The translations under genes and the position numbers were made by a program. The notes beneath the pieces were generated by a model that saw only the letters and a program-made list of their open reading frames with translations, was not told where the DNA came from and ran no database searches. From Bacteroidaceae bacterium (GTDB taxonomy: Bacteria; Bacillota; Clostridia; Peptostreptococcales; Anaerovoracaceae): a DNA stretch of 45,434 nucleotides. Positions within the stretch are counted from its first letter, which is position 1. Each line of letters begins with the position of its first letter. Shown here piece by piece: positions 9,230 to 19,186 of the stretch. The DNA lies in assembly GCA_963658905.1 (NCBI GenBank), contig CAVKSD010000001.1, forward strand, positions 1 to 45,434, given 5' to 3'.

Positions 9230-9958
9230 ATGGGAAGACACGGTACAATCGCAGGCAGAAAGGCCGCGCAGGACTCTAAAAGAGCCGCAATGTTCACAAA
9301 ATACGCAAGAGCAATCACAGTAGCAGCGAAAGCGGGCGGAGATCCTGAGTACAACGCAACATTAAGACTGGCAATCGAAAAAGCGAAAGCGATTTCAATG
9401 CCTAATGATAACATCACGAGAGCGATCAAGAAAGGAACCGGAGAACTTGCCGGAGAAACTTACGAAGAACTCAGCTTTGAGGGCTACGGAGTCGGCGGAG
9501 TTGCGGTTATCGTGGAAGCCCTTACGGACAACACAAACAGAACCACATCTTCCGTGAGATCGACCTTTGATAAATACGGCGGAAACCTGGGAACTCCGGG
9601 CTGCGTATCCTATATGTTCTCAAGAAAGGGAATCATCATCATCGAAAAGACGGATGCCATAGACGAGGACGCTTTGCTTGAGGCGGCTCTCGAAGCGGGA
9701 GCTGACGATATGGTCGTTCACGAGGACAGCTTCGAAATCGTTACCGACCCGTCTGCATATACCGACGTTCACCACGGACTTTCGGAGGCGGGCTACGAAA
9801 TCGTAGAATCCGACGTGGAATATGTACCGTCAATGGAAGCCGCACCAAAGGACGAACACGATATCAAGAAACTGGCGAAGATGATCGAACTTCTTGAAGA
9901 TAACGACGACGTACAGAAAGTTTACACAAATTGTTCCATCGACCTTGAAGTGGAATAA
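9230..9958 (+). CDS. yebC: YebC/PmpR-family protein
   Basis: GGDPEYNATLRLAIEKAKAISMPNDNI, EGYGVGGVAVIVEALTDNTNRT, LEDNDDVQKVYTN; GGAGG RBS. Confidence 0.93.
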   Translation: MGRHGTIAGRKAAQDSKRAAMFTKYARAITVAAKAGGDPEYNATLRLAIEKAKAISMPNDNITRAIKKGTGELAGETYEELSFEGYGVGGVAVIVEALTDNTNRTTSSVRSTFDKYGGNLGTPGCVSYMFSRKGIIIIEKTDAIDEDALLEAALEAGADDMVVHEDSFEIVTDPSAYTDVHHGLSEAGYEIVESDVEYVPSMEAAPKDEHDIKKLAKMIELLEDNDDVQKVYTNCSIDLEVE

Positions 9959-9986
9959 TTACATAGAATAAGGTCAAAATAAAAGC

Positions 9987-10161
9987 AATCCTGGGTTATA
10001 CGTTGAGGAACCATAATTGAACCTACACTTATTGAACGGGAATCCGCGTTTCATGCGCATTATGTCAGGCCTCCGCAGAGTGGAAGACAGAAGCAATGAA
10101 CAGGGTACCCACCTATCGAACGATAGGGCGTCAATTATATCCTTAACGGTAATTTGGGATT
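9987..10161 (+). ncRNA. ssrS: 6S RNA
   Basis: About 175-nt rod: AATCCTGGGTTAT / GTAATTTGGGATT, CGTTGAGGA / TCCTTAACG and ATAATTGA / TCAATTAT pair; TTGAACC and GGGTACCCACCT flank a central bubble as I recall for clostridial 6S RNAs; 3' side hairpin CCTATCG-AA-CGATAGG. Confidence 0.8.
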
Positions 10162-10219
10162 TTATTTTGCAATAATCGAAAATATAAGCTATACTATAAT
10201 AAAACACAAGGGAAAAAAT

Positions 10220-11041
10220 ATGCGACACTTAAAACCGATTGAAATTTTGGAAGAAATAGCCCAGGCAGGGGCAGAACGCGCGAGTGCGCCCTTTTCAAAG
10301 CTGCTTATTATGGGAATCATGGCAGGAGCATACATTGCTTTTGCGGGAGCAGGCGCCAATATGGCTAGCTATGGGTTGCTCGAAAATCCTGAAACCTACG
10401 GCTTGGGGAGACTCGCCATGGGGGTAGTCTTTGTTGGGGGCCTGATTATGGTGGTTCTTGCGGGAGCCGAACTTTTCACCGGAAACACGTTGATAACTGT
10501 AGCCCTGGTGCAGAAGAAAACCAGCATGGCGAAAATGCTGAGAAACTGGGGAATCGTTTACATAGCAAATTTCATAGGCGCGGTTATTGTGGCAGCGCTG
10601 GTTTATTACTCGGGAGCCCTAAATGCCGGAGAGGGATATTTGGGCGCAATGACGGTTAAAATCGCAGCGGGCAAGGTAAATATGTCATTCTTGCAATGCC
10701 TCCTAAGTGGGATTCTGTGCAACTGGCTGGTTTGCCTTGCGGTATGGATTTCCCATGGGGCTCAGGGGACTTTCGACAAGGTTGCGGGAGTGTTTTTCCC
10801 AATCCTGCTTTTTGTTGTGGCAGGATACGAACACAGCATAGCGAATATGTATTTTATATCTGCGGGGATTTTCGGCAGCAAAAACGAGCTGTTTTTGGCT
10901 CTGAACGGCGCCATGGATTTGTCGAATCTCACATGGATCGGTATGTTTGCAAACAATTTGCTTCCGGTAACGCTGGGAAATATCATCGGAGGCGCTATCT
11001 TTGTTGCCATGGGATATGCATTTGCACTAAAAGAAAGGTAA
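10220..11041 (+). CDS. Formate/nitrite transporter (FNT) family channel
   Basis: GIMAGAYIAF, GAELFTGN, LRNWGIVYIANFIG, GILCNWLVCLAVW, GYEHSIANM, NLLPVTLGNIIGG; ATG 10220 preferred because the TTG at 10154 lies inside the 6S RNA. Confidence 0.93.
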   Translation: MRHLKPIEILEEIAQAGAERASAPFSKLLIMGIMAGAYIAFAGAGANMASYGLLENPETYGLGRLAMGVVFVGGLIMVVLAGAELFTGNTLITVALVQKKTSMAKMLRNWGIVYIANFIGAVIVAALVYYSGALNAGEGYLGAMTVKIAAGKVNMSFLQCLLSGILCNWLVCLAVWISHGAQGTFDKVAGVFFPILLFVVAGYEHSIANMYFISAGIFGSKNELFLALNGAMDLSNLTWIGMFANNLLPVTLGNIIGGAIFVAMGYAFALKER

Positions 11042-11048
11042 TGTCATA

Positions 11049-13703
11049 ATGAAAAGAATTGTGATTATCGACGGAAACAGTTTGATCAATCGGGCGTATT
11101 ACGCCATGCAAAGACCTATGATTACCAAAGAGGGAATTTACACTCAGGGAATCTACGGTTTCATAAATATGCTGAACAAGATCGAAAGCGATTACGAGCC
11201 CGAATATATCACCGTCGCCTTTGACCTGAAAGCGCCTACTTTCAGGCATCTTGAATACGACCAGTATAAGGCGGGCAGAAAACCTATGCCACCGGAGCTT
11301 GCGATGCAAATGCCGATTCTCAAAGACGTTTTGCATGCAATGAATATAAAGACACTTGAGCTGGAGGGATTTGAGGCGGACGACATCATCGGAACAGTTG
11401 CAAGAATCAGCGAGGAAGAAGGACTTGAACCATTGATCATTACAGGAGACAGGGACGCGCTCCAGCTTGCCTCGGACAAGACAAAGGTCCTTATAACCAA
11501 AAAGGGAATAACGGATTTTGAAATTTATGATGATGAGAAAATGCAGGAACGCTACGGACTTACGCCGACCCAGTTTATCGACCTGAAAGGGCTTATGGGA
11601 GATTCTTCGGACAATATTCCGGGGATTCCGGGAGTGGGAGAAAAGACCGGAATTGCGCTGCTTGAGCAGTTCGGCTCCATAGAAAATATGTTGGAACACA
11701 CGGACGAAATTTCCAAGGCGGGATTGAGAAACAAGGTGGAAGAAAATGCCCAGCTTGCGGTTATGAGCAAGAGGCTTGCCACCATAAACCGCTTCGTTCC
11801 TATAGATATAGAGATTGAGGAGCTTAAGCGAGAGACTCCGGACTACAAGAAGCTTATCGAAATCTATACAAAACTGGAATTTAACAGCTTTCTCAAGCGC
11901 CTCAAGGTAGAGGATATGGCAGCCGATGTGAAGGCAGAGACTCCGGCGATTGACATTACAAATATTTCCTCGGCGGAGGAACTTTGCAGGCTGGATTCTC
12001 TCAAGGGCAAGGAAGAAGTCTTCATAAAAGTTTTCAGCGACTACGCTCACGTGAAAGAGCCGCAAATATCCGGAATATTTCTCATGGAAGAGGCAGAGGG
12101 CTTTTACATTGACTGCGACAAAATCAGCGCGGCGAAAGCCATTGAATATTTAGACAAACTATCCCTGAATCTTATGGGACACGACATAAAAGACGATTTG
12201 TACGCCCTGATGTTCTTCGGATATTCGAAGTTTAAGGTGGTTTTCGACACGGCGATAGCAGAATATGTGCTGGATGCGGCTAAAAATAAATATGATTTAA
12301 AAACTTTGGCGTTGGAAAAGCTCCATGTAAATTTGCCTGAGTTGGAAGAATTTGTTTCGGCAGATATGCAGCAGATGGATATGTTTTCCGATAATTCTCA
12401 AAGATACGGCGAGTATGGAGCGATATGCGGAGACATCACCCGAAAAATAGTAGCGATCCAAAAGAAATCCGTAGAAGAAGAAAACCTTTCTGCAGTGCTT
12501 TACAAAATAGAACTGCCTCTCATCGAGGTTTTGGCTGCCATGGAAGTTTGCGGTGTGAGATCCGAGAAGGAATTTTTGGATGAATTCGGAAAAGAACTGA
12601 AAGAAAAGATAGAAGAGCTTGAAATCAAAATTTATGACCTTGCGGGGCGAAAGTTTAATATAAACTCGCCGATTCAGCTTGGGGAAGTTCTCTTTGAAGA
12701 ACTTAAGCTGCCGGCGGGCAAAAAAACAAAGAGAGGCTACAGCACCGGCGCGGAAATCCTCGAAAAAATCAAGGATAAGCATCCGATAGTTCCTGCGGTT
12801 CTCGAATACCGGAACCTGACGAAGCTAAATTCCACCTATGTGGAGGGCATGAAACCGCTTATTTCCGCCGACGGAAAGATAAGGGCGCACTTCCGCCAGA
12901 CCGTAACCGCCACGGGCAGAATAAGCTGCACCGAGCCGAATTTGCAGAACATACCCATCAAACAGGAGCTGGGAAGAAATCTTCGCAAGGCGTTTACGGC
13001 GTCCGAGGGTCATATACTTGTGGGAGCGGACTACTCCCAGATCGAGCTTAGGGTTCTTGCGGCTCTTTCCGAGGACGAAAGCCTCATAGAATCATTCAAC
13101 AACGGCGAGGACATTCACAGAACTACGGCGTCCCGTGTCTTGGGGATTCCGCCGGAAGAAATAACGCCACTTGACAGAAGCAGGGCGAAAGCCGTAAATT
13201 TCGGGGTAATCTACGGAATGAGCGGATTCGGACTCAGCGAGGAGCTTCACATAAGCCGAAAAGAAGCGGAGGACTATATCCACGCATATTTTGCAAAACA
13301 CAGCAAAGTAAAGGAATATATGGACGAGCAGATAAGAATTTGCAGGGAAACGGGCTTTGCAACCACCATGATGGGAAGAAAGCGGGCGATACACGAGATA
13401 AACGCTTCGGCTTATATGACCCGTCAGCTGGGGGAGAGGCTTGCCATGAACACACCGATACAGGGCAGCGCCGCGGATATCATAAAACTCGCCATGATAC
13501 GGGTTTATAATGAGTTAAAGGAGAAGCATCCAAACTCTAAACTCATACTTCAGGTTCACGACGAGCTCATTATCGACGCTTCGGCTTCGGAAAAAGAAGA
13601 AATAAAAGAACTGCTTACGAGAAATATGGAAAATGCGGCGGAGCTTTCCGTGAAGCTTGCGGCGGAGCTTAACACTGGCAACACATGGTACGATTTGAAG
13701 TAG
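11049..13703 (+). CDS. polA: DNA polymerase I
   Basis: IIDGNSLINRAYYA, EADDIIG, GDSSDNIPGIPGVGEKT, TATGRIS..PNLQNIP, ADYSQIELR, AKAVNFGVIYG, LQVHDEL. Confidence 0.98.
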   Translation: MKRIVIIDGNSLINRAYYAMQRPMITKEGIYTQGIYGFINMLNKIESDYEPEYITVAFDLKAPTFRHLEYDQYKAGRKPMPPELAMQMPILKDVLHAMNIKTLELEGFEADDIIGTVARISEEEGLEPLIITGDRDALQLASDKTKVLITKKGITDFEIYDDEKMQERYGLTPTQFIDLKGLMGDSSDNIPGIPGVGEKTGIALLEQFGSIENMLEHTDEISKAGLRNKVEENAQLAVMSKRLATINRFVPIDIEIEELKRETPDYKKLIEIYTKLEFNSFLKRLKVEDMAADVKAETPAIDITNISSAEELCRLDSLKGKEEVFIKVFSDYAHVKEPQISGIFLMEEAEGFYIDCDKISAAKAIEYLDKLSLNLMGHDIKDDLYALMFFGYSKFKVVFDTAIAEYVLDAAKNKYDLKTLALEKLHVNLPELEEFVSADMQQMDMFSDNSQRYGEYGAICGDITRKIVAIQKKSVEEENLSAVLYKIELPLIEVLAAMEVCGVRSEKEFLDEFGKELKEKIEELEIKIYDLAGRKFNINSPIQLGEVLFEELKLPAGKKTKRGYSTGAEILEKIKDKHPIVPAVLEYRNLTKLNSTYVEGMKPLISADGKIRAHFRQTVTATGRISCTEPNLQNIPIKQELGRNLRKAFTASEGHILVGADYSQIELRVLAALSEDESLIESFNNGEDIHRTTASRVLGIPPEEITPLDRSRAKAVNFGVIYGMSGFGLSEELHISRKEAEDYIHAYFAKHSKVKEYMDEQIRICRETGFATTMMGRKRAIHEINASAYMTRQLGERLAMNTPIQGSAADIIKLAMIRVYNELKEKHPNSKLILQVHDELIIDASASEKEEIKELLTRNMENAAELSVKLAAELNTGNTWYDLK

Positions 13704-13746
13704 ACATAACAGACAGAACATGGAAAGCAGGCATAAAAGCGTAAAA

Positions 13747-14370
13747 ATGAAGATTATAGGACTTACCGGAGGAATCGGCAGCGGCAAATCCACCGCCTCC
13801 GCATATCTCGAACAAAAGGGCTGCCTGATAATAGACGCAGACAAAATTTCACGAAAGCTCACGGAAAAGGACAGTCCCTATCTTGAAATCCTGAAAGAAA
13901 CCTTCGGTGAGGAGTTTTTTTCAGAGGACGGAGAACTGGACAGAAAAAAGCTGGGAAGATATGTTTTTGCAAATCCCCTGCAGAAAGAAAAGCTGGAAAA
14001 AATAATAACGGATGCCGTTATCAAAATAACGCTGGACAGAATGGAAGAACTGAAAAGAGAGGACTTCAAGGGGATAGCGATTTTGGACGCCCCGCTGCTT
14101 TTTGAATGCGGTATGCAGAAATATACCGACGAAAACTGGCTGGTGGCTGCGGAACCGGAGACGATAATCGAAAGGGTGAAAACTCGCGATGACATGAACG
14201 AGGCGGATATAAAAAGCCGAATGGAGAACCAAATGTCCCTTGCAGAGAAAAAAGCCCTTGCAGACCGAATAATTGACAATTCGGGGGATAGAGAGCATCT
14301 CTACAGACGGCTTGACAGGGAAATTGACAGATTGAAGAACGGAGAAGAGGAAAATGTCAAAATTCAATAG
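13747..14370 (+). CDS. coaE: Dephospho-CoA kinase
   Basis: IIGLTGGIGSGKST, DADKI, LDRKKLG, DAPLLFE; follows polA; alternative start at 13720. Confidence 0.93.
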   Translation: MKIIGLTGGIGSGKSTASAYLEQKGCLIIDADKISRKLTEKDSPYLEILKETFGEEFFSEDGELDRKKLGRYVFANPLQKEKLEKIITDAVIKITLDRMEELKREDFKGIAILDAPLLFECGMQKYTDENWLVAAEPETIIERVKTRDDMNEADIKSRMENQMSLAEKKALADRIIDNSGDREHLYRRLDREIDRLKNGEEENVKIQ

Positions 14371-15961
14371 TTTTATCAAAAAAAGTTGGATATGGATACT
14401 GGCTGCAATCCTGATTTCCGCCGTCATTCTTTCCAGTGTGGAAATATACAAAGAGGAAGTGCTGAACATCGACCCCGATGTCAAATACAAAGAAATGACC
14501 ACCCTTTATTTTGCCGCGGAAAGATTCGACACCCTCAATCCCTTGGTATCCCAAAGCGAGGACGTTTATTATATTTCAAAGCTGATTTATGACGGGCTGT
14601 TTGAACTGGACGGCAACATGAATGCGGTTCCCAAATTGGTAGAAAGCTACGAGGTAAATACGGAGAAAGCCTATGTTTCAATCAAACTAAAAAAAGATGT
14701 AAAGTGGCATTCAGGGAAGACCCTAAAGGCGGAGGACGTGCGCTTTACGGTTAATGCGATAAAACAGGCAGGCAGCAAATCACCGTATTATAATAAATGT
14801 TCCAGAATAATGTATGTAAATGTAAAAAGCAACAGGGAACTTACTATTTATTTCAACAATAATTACAACTGTTCGCTGGATATTTTGACATTTCCCATTG
14901 TTTCCTCAACGGGATACAGTTCGCCATATCAGTTCGTTACAGACACGGACAGTTTCAAGCCTGTGGGTACCGGAATGTATCGGTATTCATCCTATGACTA
15001 CCTGAAAAAGCTTAAATTAAAGCCGAACGAAGATTATTATGACGGGGCGGCTTCAAACCGGCTTCAGTTCAATATTTTGCCTGACAAATCCTACAAGTCG
15101 TCGCTGACCGCGATAAACGAGGTCACCTGCTATATAGACGAATCCACGGACAGGTATTCCACAGTAAAGGACAAGAAGCTCAATATGTACGATGTCATAT
15201 CCGGACAGGTGGAGTTTGTGGTTTTCAATACGAAGAAATCTTATATGTCGAAGGAAACCCGAAAGGCAATCGCCTACGGAATAGACAACGAAAAGATAAT
15301 AAAAAATTCATACGCTTCGGACGCGGTTATCACCGACACGCTATATTATCCTAACTTTTTGGGAGTACAGGACACGGGAAGCCTCAGCGCCTATAACTAC
15401 GACATGGCGATGGAAATGCTGACGAAAGCAGGAATCGAGGATTCTGACGGCGACGGATTTTTGGAAGACTCGGCAGGGAATAATATAACCCTTACGTTAC
15501 TTGTAAAAAAATCCAATTCCCAGAGAATGTCGGCATGTAAAAATATAGCCAAGAACATGGAAACCCTGGGCTTCAAGACGGACATAAAGGCTCTGCCTGC
15601 CAACCGATATAAACAGGCGGTGGCTTCCGGGAATTTTGATTTGCTGGTTGCGGGATGCGAAATGGAAGAAACCTATGATTTGCGGGAGTTCTTTAACGGG
15701 AAAAACGACTGGAGCTATTATAACGCGGAGCTCTATACCAAATCCGGAGAACTGGAAAGGCTCTATGACGAAGAAGAGCAGAAAGAAAAATACACCAAGC
15801 TAAAGGAAGCCTTGCTCGATGAACTGCCGTATTATGCGCTGTGCTACAAGAAAATGGGACTTGTTGGTATTTTAACCTTTACAGCGGAAGAACTGCCTAC
15901 TTTCAACAATATTTATAAAAACTGCAACACCTGGAGCTGGAAAGAAATTGTAAGCGAATAA
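14354..15961 (+). CDS. Family-5 (peptide/nickel-type) ABC solute-binding protein
   Basis: DTLNPL, LIYDGLF, LKKDVKWHSG..LKAEDVRFT, PVGTGMY, RKAIAYGID; N-terminal hydrophobic anchor. Confidence 0.85.
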   Translation: MSKFNSFIKKSWIWILAAILISAVILSSVEIYKEEVLNIDPDVKYKEMTTLYFAAERFDTLNPLVSQSEDVYYISKLIYDGLFELDGNMNAVPKLVESYEVNTEKAYVSIKLKKDVKWHSGKTLKAEDVRFTVNAIKQAGSKSPYYNKCSRIMYVNVKSNRELTIYFNNNYNCSLDILTFPIVSSTGYSSPYQFVTDTDSFKPVGTGMYRYSSYDYLKKLKLKPNEDYYDGAASNRLQFNILPDKSYKSSLTAINEVTCYIDESTDRYSTVKDKKLNMYDVISGQVEFVVFNTKKSYMSKETRKAIAYGIDNEKIIKNSYASDAVITDTLYYPNFLGVQDTGSLSAYNYDMAMEMLTKAGIEDSDGDGFLEDSAGNNITLTLLVKKSNSQRMSACKNIAKNMETLGFKTDIKALPANRYKQAVASGNFDLLVAGCEMEETYDLREFFNGKNDWSYYNAELYTKSGELERLYDEEEQKEKYTKLKEALLDELPYYALCYKKMGLVGILTFTAEELPTFNNIYKNCNTWSWKEIVSE

Positions 15962-16046
15962 GGGCGTGTTTTTCATAGGCTTTTCAAAAAAAGTATAAAA
16001 ATGTCTAAAAAAGCATAAAAAAGTGACGATAATATGAAAAAAATAT

Positions 16047-16075
16047 TTGTAATGTGACGCTGCTTATGGTATAAT
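16047..16075 (+). promoter_or_regulatory. Sigma-A promoter for tRNA-Leu and yajC
   Basis: TTGTAA-17 nt-TATAAT with TG extension and an A-rich upstream region. Confidence 0.7.
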
Positions 16076-16109
16076 TGAACCGTTGCAAACGAAAAGCAAC
16101 GGTGAATAC

Positions 16110-16196
16110 GCCGGCGTGATGGAATTGGCAGACGTGCGGGACTCAAAATCCCGTGGTGGCAACACCGTATGGGTTCGACCCCCATCGCCGGCACCA
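16110..16196 (+). tRNA. tRNA-Leu (CAA)
   Basis: GCCGGCG acceptor stem pairs with CGCCGGC-A-CCA; D arm GGAATTGGCAGAC; anticodon arm CGGGA-CTCAAAA-TCCCG; long variable arm; GGTTCGACCCC T arm. Confidence 0.97.
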
Positions 16197-16225
16197 TTTT
16201 AATTGCTCGAGAGGAGAGTTGTTTT

Positions 16226-16717
16226 ATGACTGAAACATTAGTTAATCTGTTACCAATTATTTTAATATTCGTGCTGATGTATTTCCTGATGATCAGACCT
16301 CAGAAGAAAAAAGATAAGCAGATTAAAGACATGAGAAACAGCCTTACCGTAGGAGATGAAATCGTAACAATCGGCGGTTTGTGCGGCAAGATTGTAAAGA
16401 CAAAGGACGAAACAATCGTCGTACAGGTCGGAGCAGATAAAGTTAAGTTCGAGATGATGAGATGGGCGGTTTCCACCGTTACCAAAGAATCGGCAAAGCG
16501 CGGAACAGCAGTCAGCTACGAAGAAGAGGACGAGCCAAAGAAGACTCTGCCTAAAAAGCTCAGAAAGTCTTCGGACGTAGAAGAAGCAGATAAGGCCGAA
16601 AAGGCAAAGGAGGAAGTTAAAGTTGAAGTAGCCGAGACTCCGGCAGAACCTGCTTCCGAAGAAGTTTTGAAAGAAGCGGCTAACGAAGCGGCTGTTAACG
16701 CCTCCGAAAACGAATAA
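16226..16717 (+). CDS. yajC: Preprotein translocase subunit YajC with an acidic C-terminal tail
   Basis: YFLMIRPQKKK, LTVGDEIVTIGGLCGKI; GAGGAG RBS before ATG 16226. Confidence 0.92.
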   Translation: MTETLVNLLPIILIFVLMYFLMIRPQKKKDKQIKDMRNSLTVGDEIVTIGGLCGKIVKTKDETIVVQVGADKVKFEMMRWAVSTVTKESAKRGTAVSYEEEDEPKKTLPKKLRKSSDVEEADKAEKAKEEVKVEVAETPAEPASEEVLKEAANEAAVNASENE

Positions 16718-16735
16718 TACATACACGCATATAAC

Positions 16736-16765
16736 AGGCTCCGAGAAATCGGGGTCTTTTCTTTT
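16736..16765 (+). terminator. Rho-independent terminator
   Basis: AGGCTCCGA-GAAA-TCGGGGTCT followed by TTTCTTTT. Confidence 0.75.
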
Positions 16766-16824
16766 GCCTCATTTATTTTTGCCCCGGCAAATTCGTTTTT
16801 TCTCATATAAACTCGATTTTTTTG

Positions 16825-16874
16825 TTGAAAAATGCACATTTAGGCTTGTATAATCCCCCAAAAAGTAGTAGAAT
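16825..16874 (+). promoter_or_regulatory. Possible tandem sigma-A promoters for the secDF operon
   Basis: TTGAAA-18 nt-TATAAT (16825-16854) and TTGTAT-17 nt-TAGAAT (16846-16874). Confidence 0.45.
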
Positions 16875-16941
16875 GGAATGTAAAATAAAATGCCCGTATT
16901 AGGTGCATTAACAGATATTTTAATAATGAGAGGTTTTAGAA

Positions 16942-19161
16942 ATGAGTGTAAAGCTTAAAAGAATTCTTGCCGTGCTGGTAATCGTTGTACTTGTGTTCGG
17001 CTGGTATGTCACCCTTTTTGGCATAGGTGACCAATCTAAAGATGATGCCATAACATCAGTCAAAGACACCCTGAAATACGGCCTTGACATAAATGGCGGC
17101 GTTTATGTTGTAATGGAGGCTCAGACAGACGAAACAGGGGACGAGCTTAAGGAGCTTATGGAGCAGACAAGAGCCGTACTGGATAACCGTGTTAACCAGA
17201 TGGGCGTTGCGGAAGCTTCCGTAACCATTGAGGGCACAAACCGTATCAGAGTCGAGATGCCGGGTGTTGAGGACGCAGACGAGGCGATTCAGGCAATCGG
17301 CAAAACTGCGCAGCTCTATTTCATCTTGGCGGACGGCTCGGTCGTACTGGACGGCAGCCATGTAAAGGACGCGCAGGTTGCAACAGACGGAAGCTATTAC
17401 AAGATACTCCTCGAATTTGACAGCGAGGGAGCTTCTCTCTTTGAAGAAGGAACAAGAAAAGCATATAATCAGGAAGTAACTCCGACCATCGACGGCCTCA
17501 GCGCCAACGAAATCGCCATCGTACTTGACGACGAAATCGTTGTAAATCCGAGAGTGCAGAGCGTTATCAGCGGCGGAAGCTGTGAAATGACAGGGAATTA
17601 TTCCAAGGAAGAAGCTACTATGACGGCGGCTCTTATCAGAGGCGGCGCGCTTCCTGTAGAATTGGTTGAAGTTCAGTCCTCAGTGCAGGCAGCAACAGTG
17701 GGAGCAGACGCTCTTGACAAGTCAATCGTAGCGGGAGCCATTGGTCTTGCGATCGTATTCTTCATCATGATTATTTTCTACGGAATGCTTGGCTTTATCG
17801 CAGACATTGCGCTGCTGCTCTATGTAATCATGTTCCTTTGGTCGATGGTTGCATTTAACGTTGTACTTACATTGCCGGGAATAGCGGCGTTGATACTTTC
17901 CATAGGTATGGCGGTAGACGCAAACGTAATCATATTTGCGAGAATCAAAGAAGAGATTTGCGCAGGCAAGTCCATTCGCGTTGCAGTTGACGCGGGCTTC
18001 AAGAACGCCCTCAGCACGGTACTGGACGCTCAGATTACAACCCTTATCGCGGCGGTTGTGCTTTACGAAGTAGGTACCACCTCGGTAAAAGGCTTCGCCC
18101 TTACATTGATGATCGGTATTATCATCAGTATTTTCACGGCTGTAGTTATTACACAGCTCTTCATTTCGCTCCTTGCAAACAGCGAAAAATTTGCAAAGAA
18201 CAAATACTTCGGCGTTAACGAAGACGGAACCCCGAAGCAGGTGCTTAATAAGACTTTCTCATTTATTAAACATAGAAAGATATTCTACATTGTCAGCGTG
18301 ACGATTATCGTTGTGGGCCTCCTTTGGTCTGTAATCTTCGGCATGAACTACGGTATCGACTTTACCGGAGGCACTACGTTCCAGATCGAGCTTGGCAAAC
18401 AGGTAGCCATTGAGGATGTAGAAAAGACTTTGGAAGAATATGAACTTGACCCGCAAATCATTTACGCAGGCGAGGGAAATACTCAGGTTATCATAAAGAC
18501 CATTGAGTCCCTTGATAACTCCCAGAGAAACGAGATTATTGCGACCCTTGAGGAGGCTTACGGAATCACCGACGAGAGCATTCTTGCTTCCGAGCAGTTC
18601 GGACCGTCTGTAGGCGACGAACTTAAAGTGAACGCCCTCAAAGCTATAATCATCGCTTCCATCGGTATGCTGATTTATATCATATTCAGATTCAAATCAT
18701 GGAAGTACGGATTTTCCGCGGTTGCCGGCGTTGTTCACGACGTGCTGATCGTAATTGCATTCTACGCGATATTCGGCTTCACCGTAAATAACCCGTTCAT
18801 CGCGGCGATACTGACATTGGTGGGATATTCCATCAACGATACCATCGTAATCTTTGACCGTATCAGAGAAAACAAGACCATTAATCCGAGAGAAAGTAGT
18901 GAGATCAACATTGACAGGAGTATCAACCAGACTCTGAACAGAACTATCATGACTTCACTGACGACGCTGGTTGTAATGATTCCTCTTTGCATCATGGTAT
19001 CATCCTCCATTCGGGAATTTATAATTCCACTTATGGTAGGCGTAATCGTAGGCTGCGCTTCCTCGATCTTTATTTGCAGCCCGCTGTACTATGACCTCTG
19101 CAAAAAGGACGAAGGCTCAAAATACCTGAAAAATACGGCAAAGAAGTCCAAAGCAAACTAA
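16942..19161 (+). CDS. secDF: Fused protein translocase subunit SecDF
   Basis: GLDINGG, ALIRGGALP, TLPGIAALILSIGMAVDANVIIFARIKEE, GIDFTGG, GYSINDTIVIFDRIREN. Confidence 0.96.
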   Translation: MSVKLKRILAVLVIVVLVFGWYVTLFGIGDQSKDDAITSVKDTLKYGLDINGGVYVVMEAQTDETGDELKELMEQTRAVLDNRVNQMGVAEASVTIEGTNRIRVEMPGVEDADEAIQAIGKTAQLYFILADGSVVLDGSHVKDAQVATDGSYYKILLEFDSEGASLFEEGTRKAYNQEVTPTIDGLSANEIAIVLDDEIVVNPRVQSVISGGSCEMTGNYSKEEATMTAALIRGGALPVELVEVQSSVQAATVGADALDKSIVAGAIGLAIVFFIMIIFYGMLGFIADIALLLYVIMFLWSMVAFNVVLTLPGIAALILSIGMAVDANVIIFARIKEEICAGKSIRVAVDAGFKNALSTVLDAQITTLIAAVVLYEVGTTSVKGFALTLMIGIIISIFTAVVITQLFISLLANSEKFAKNKYFGVNEDGTPKQVLNKTFSFIKHRKIFYIVSVTIIVVGLLWSVIFGMNYGIDFTGGTTFQIELGKQVAIEDVEKTLEEYELDPQIIYAGEGNTQVIIKTIESLDNSQRNEIIATLEEAYGITDESILASEQFGPSVGDELKVNALKAIIIASIGMLIYIIFRFKSWKYGFSAVAGVVHDVLIVIAFYAIFGFTVNNPFIAAILTLVGYSINDTIVIFDRIRENKTINPRESSEINIDRSINQTLNRTIMTSLTTLVVMIPLCIMVSSSIREFIIPLMVGVIVGCASSIFICSPLYYDLCKKDEGSKYLKNTAKKSKAN

Positions 19162-19186
19162 GAATACTAACTGACAGGAGACATCG

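Noticed and set aside
9974..10228. 84-aa minus-strand ORF
   Set aside because: Overlaps the 6S RNA; no RBS or protein motif
10995..12065. 356-aa minus-strand ORF
   Set aside because: Antisense to polA with no recognisable domain
16110..16196. tRNA as the attachment site of an integrated element
   Set aside because: No integrase and no duplicated tRNA 3' end seen in the window
15973..16225. ORF 15973..16197(-) and the extended yajC start at 16169
   Set aside because: Both run through tRNA-Leu
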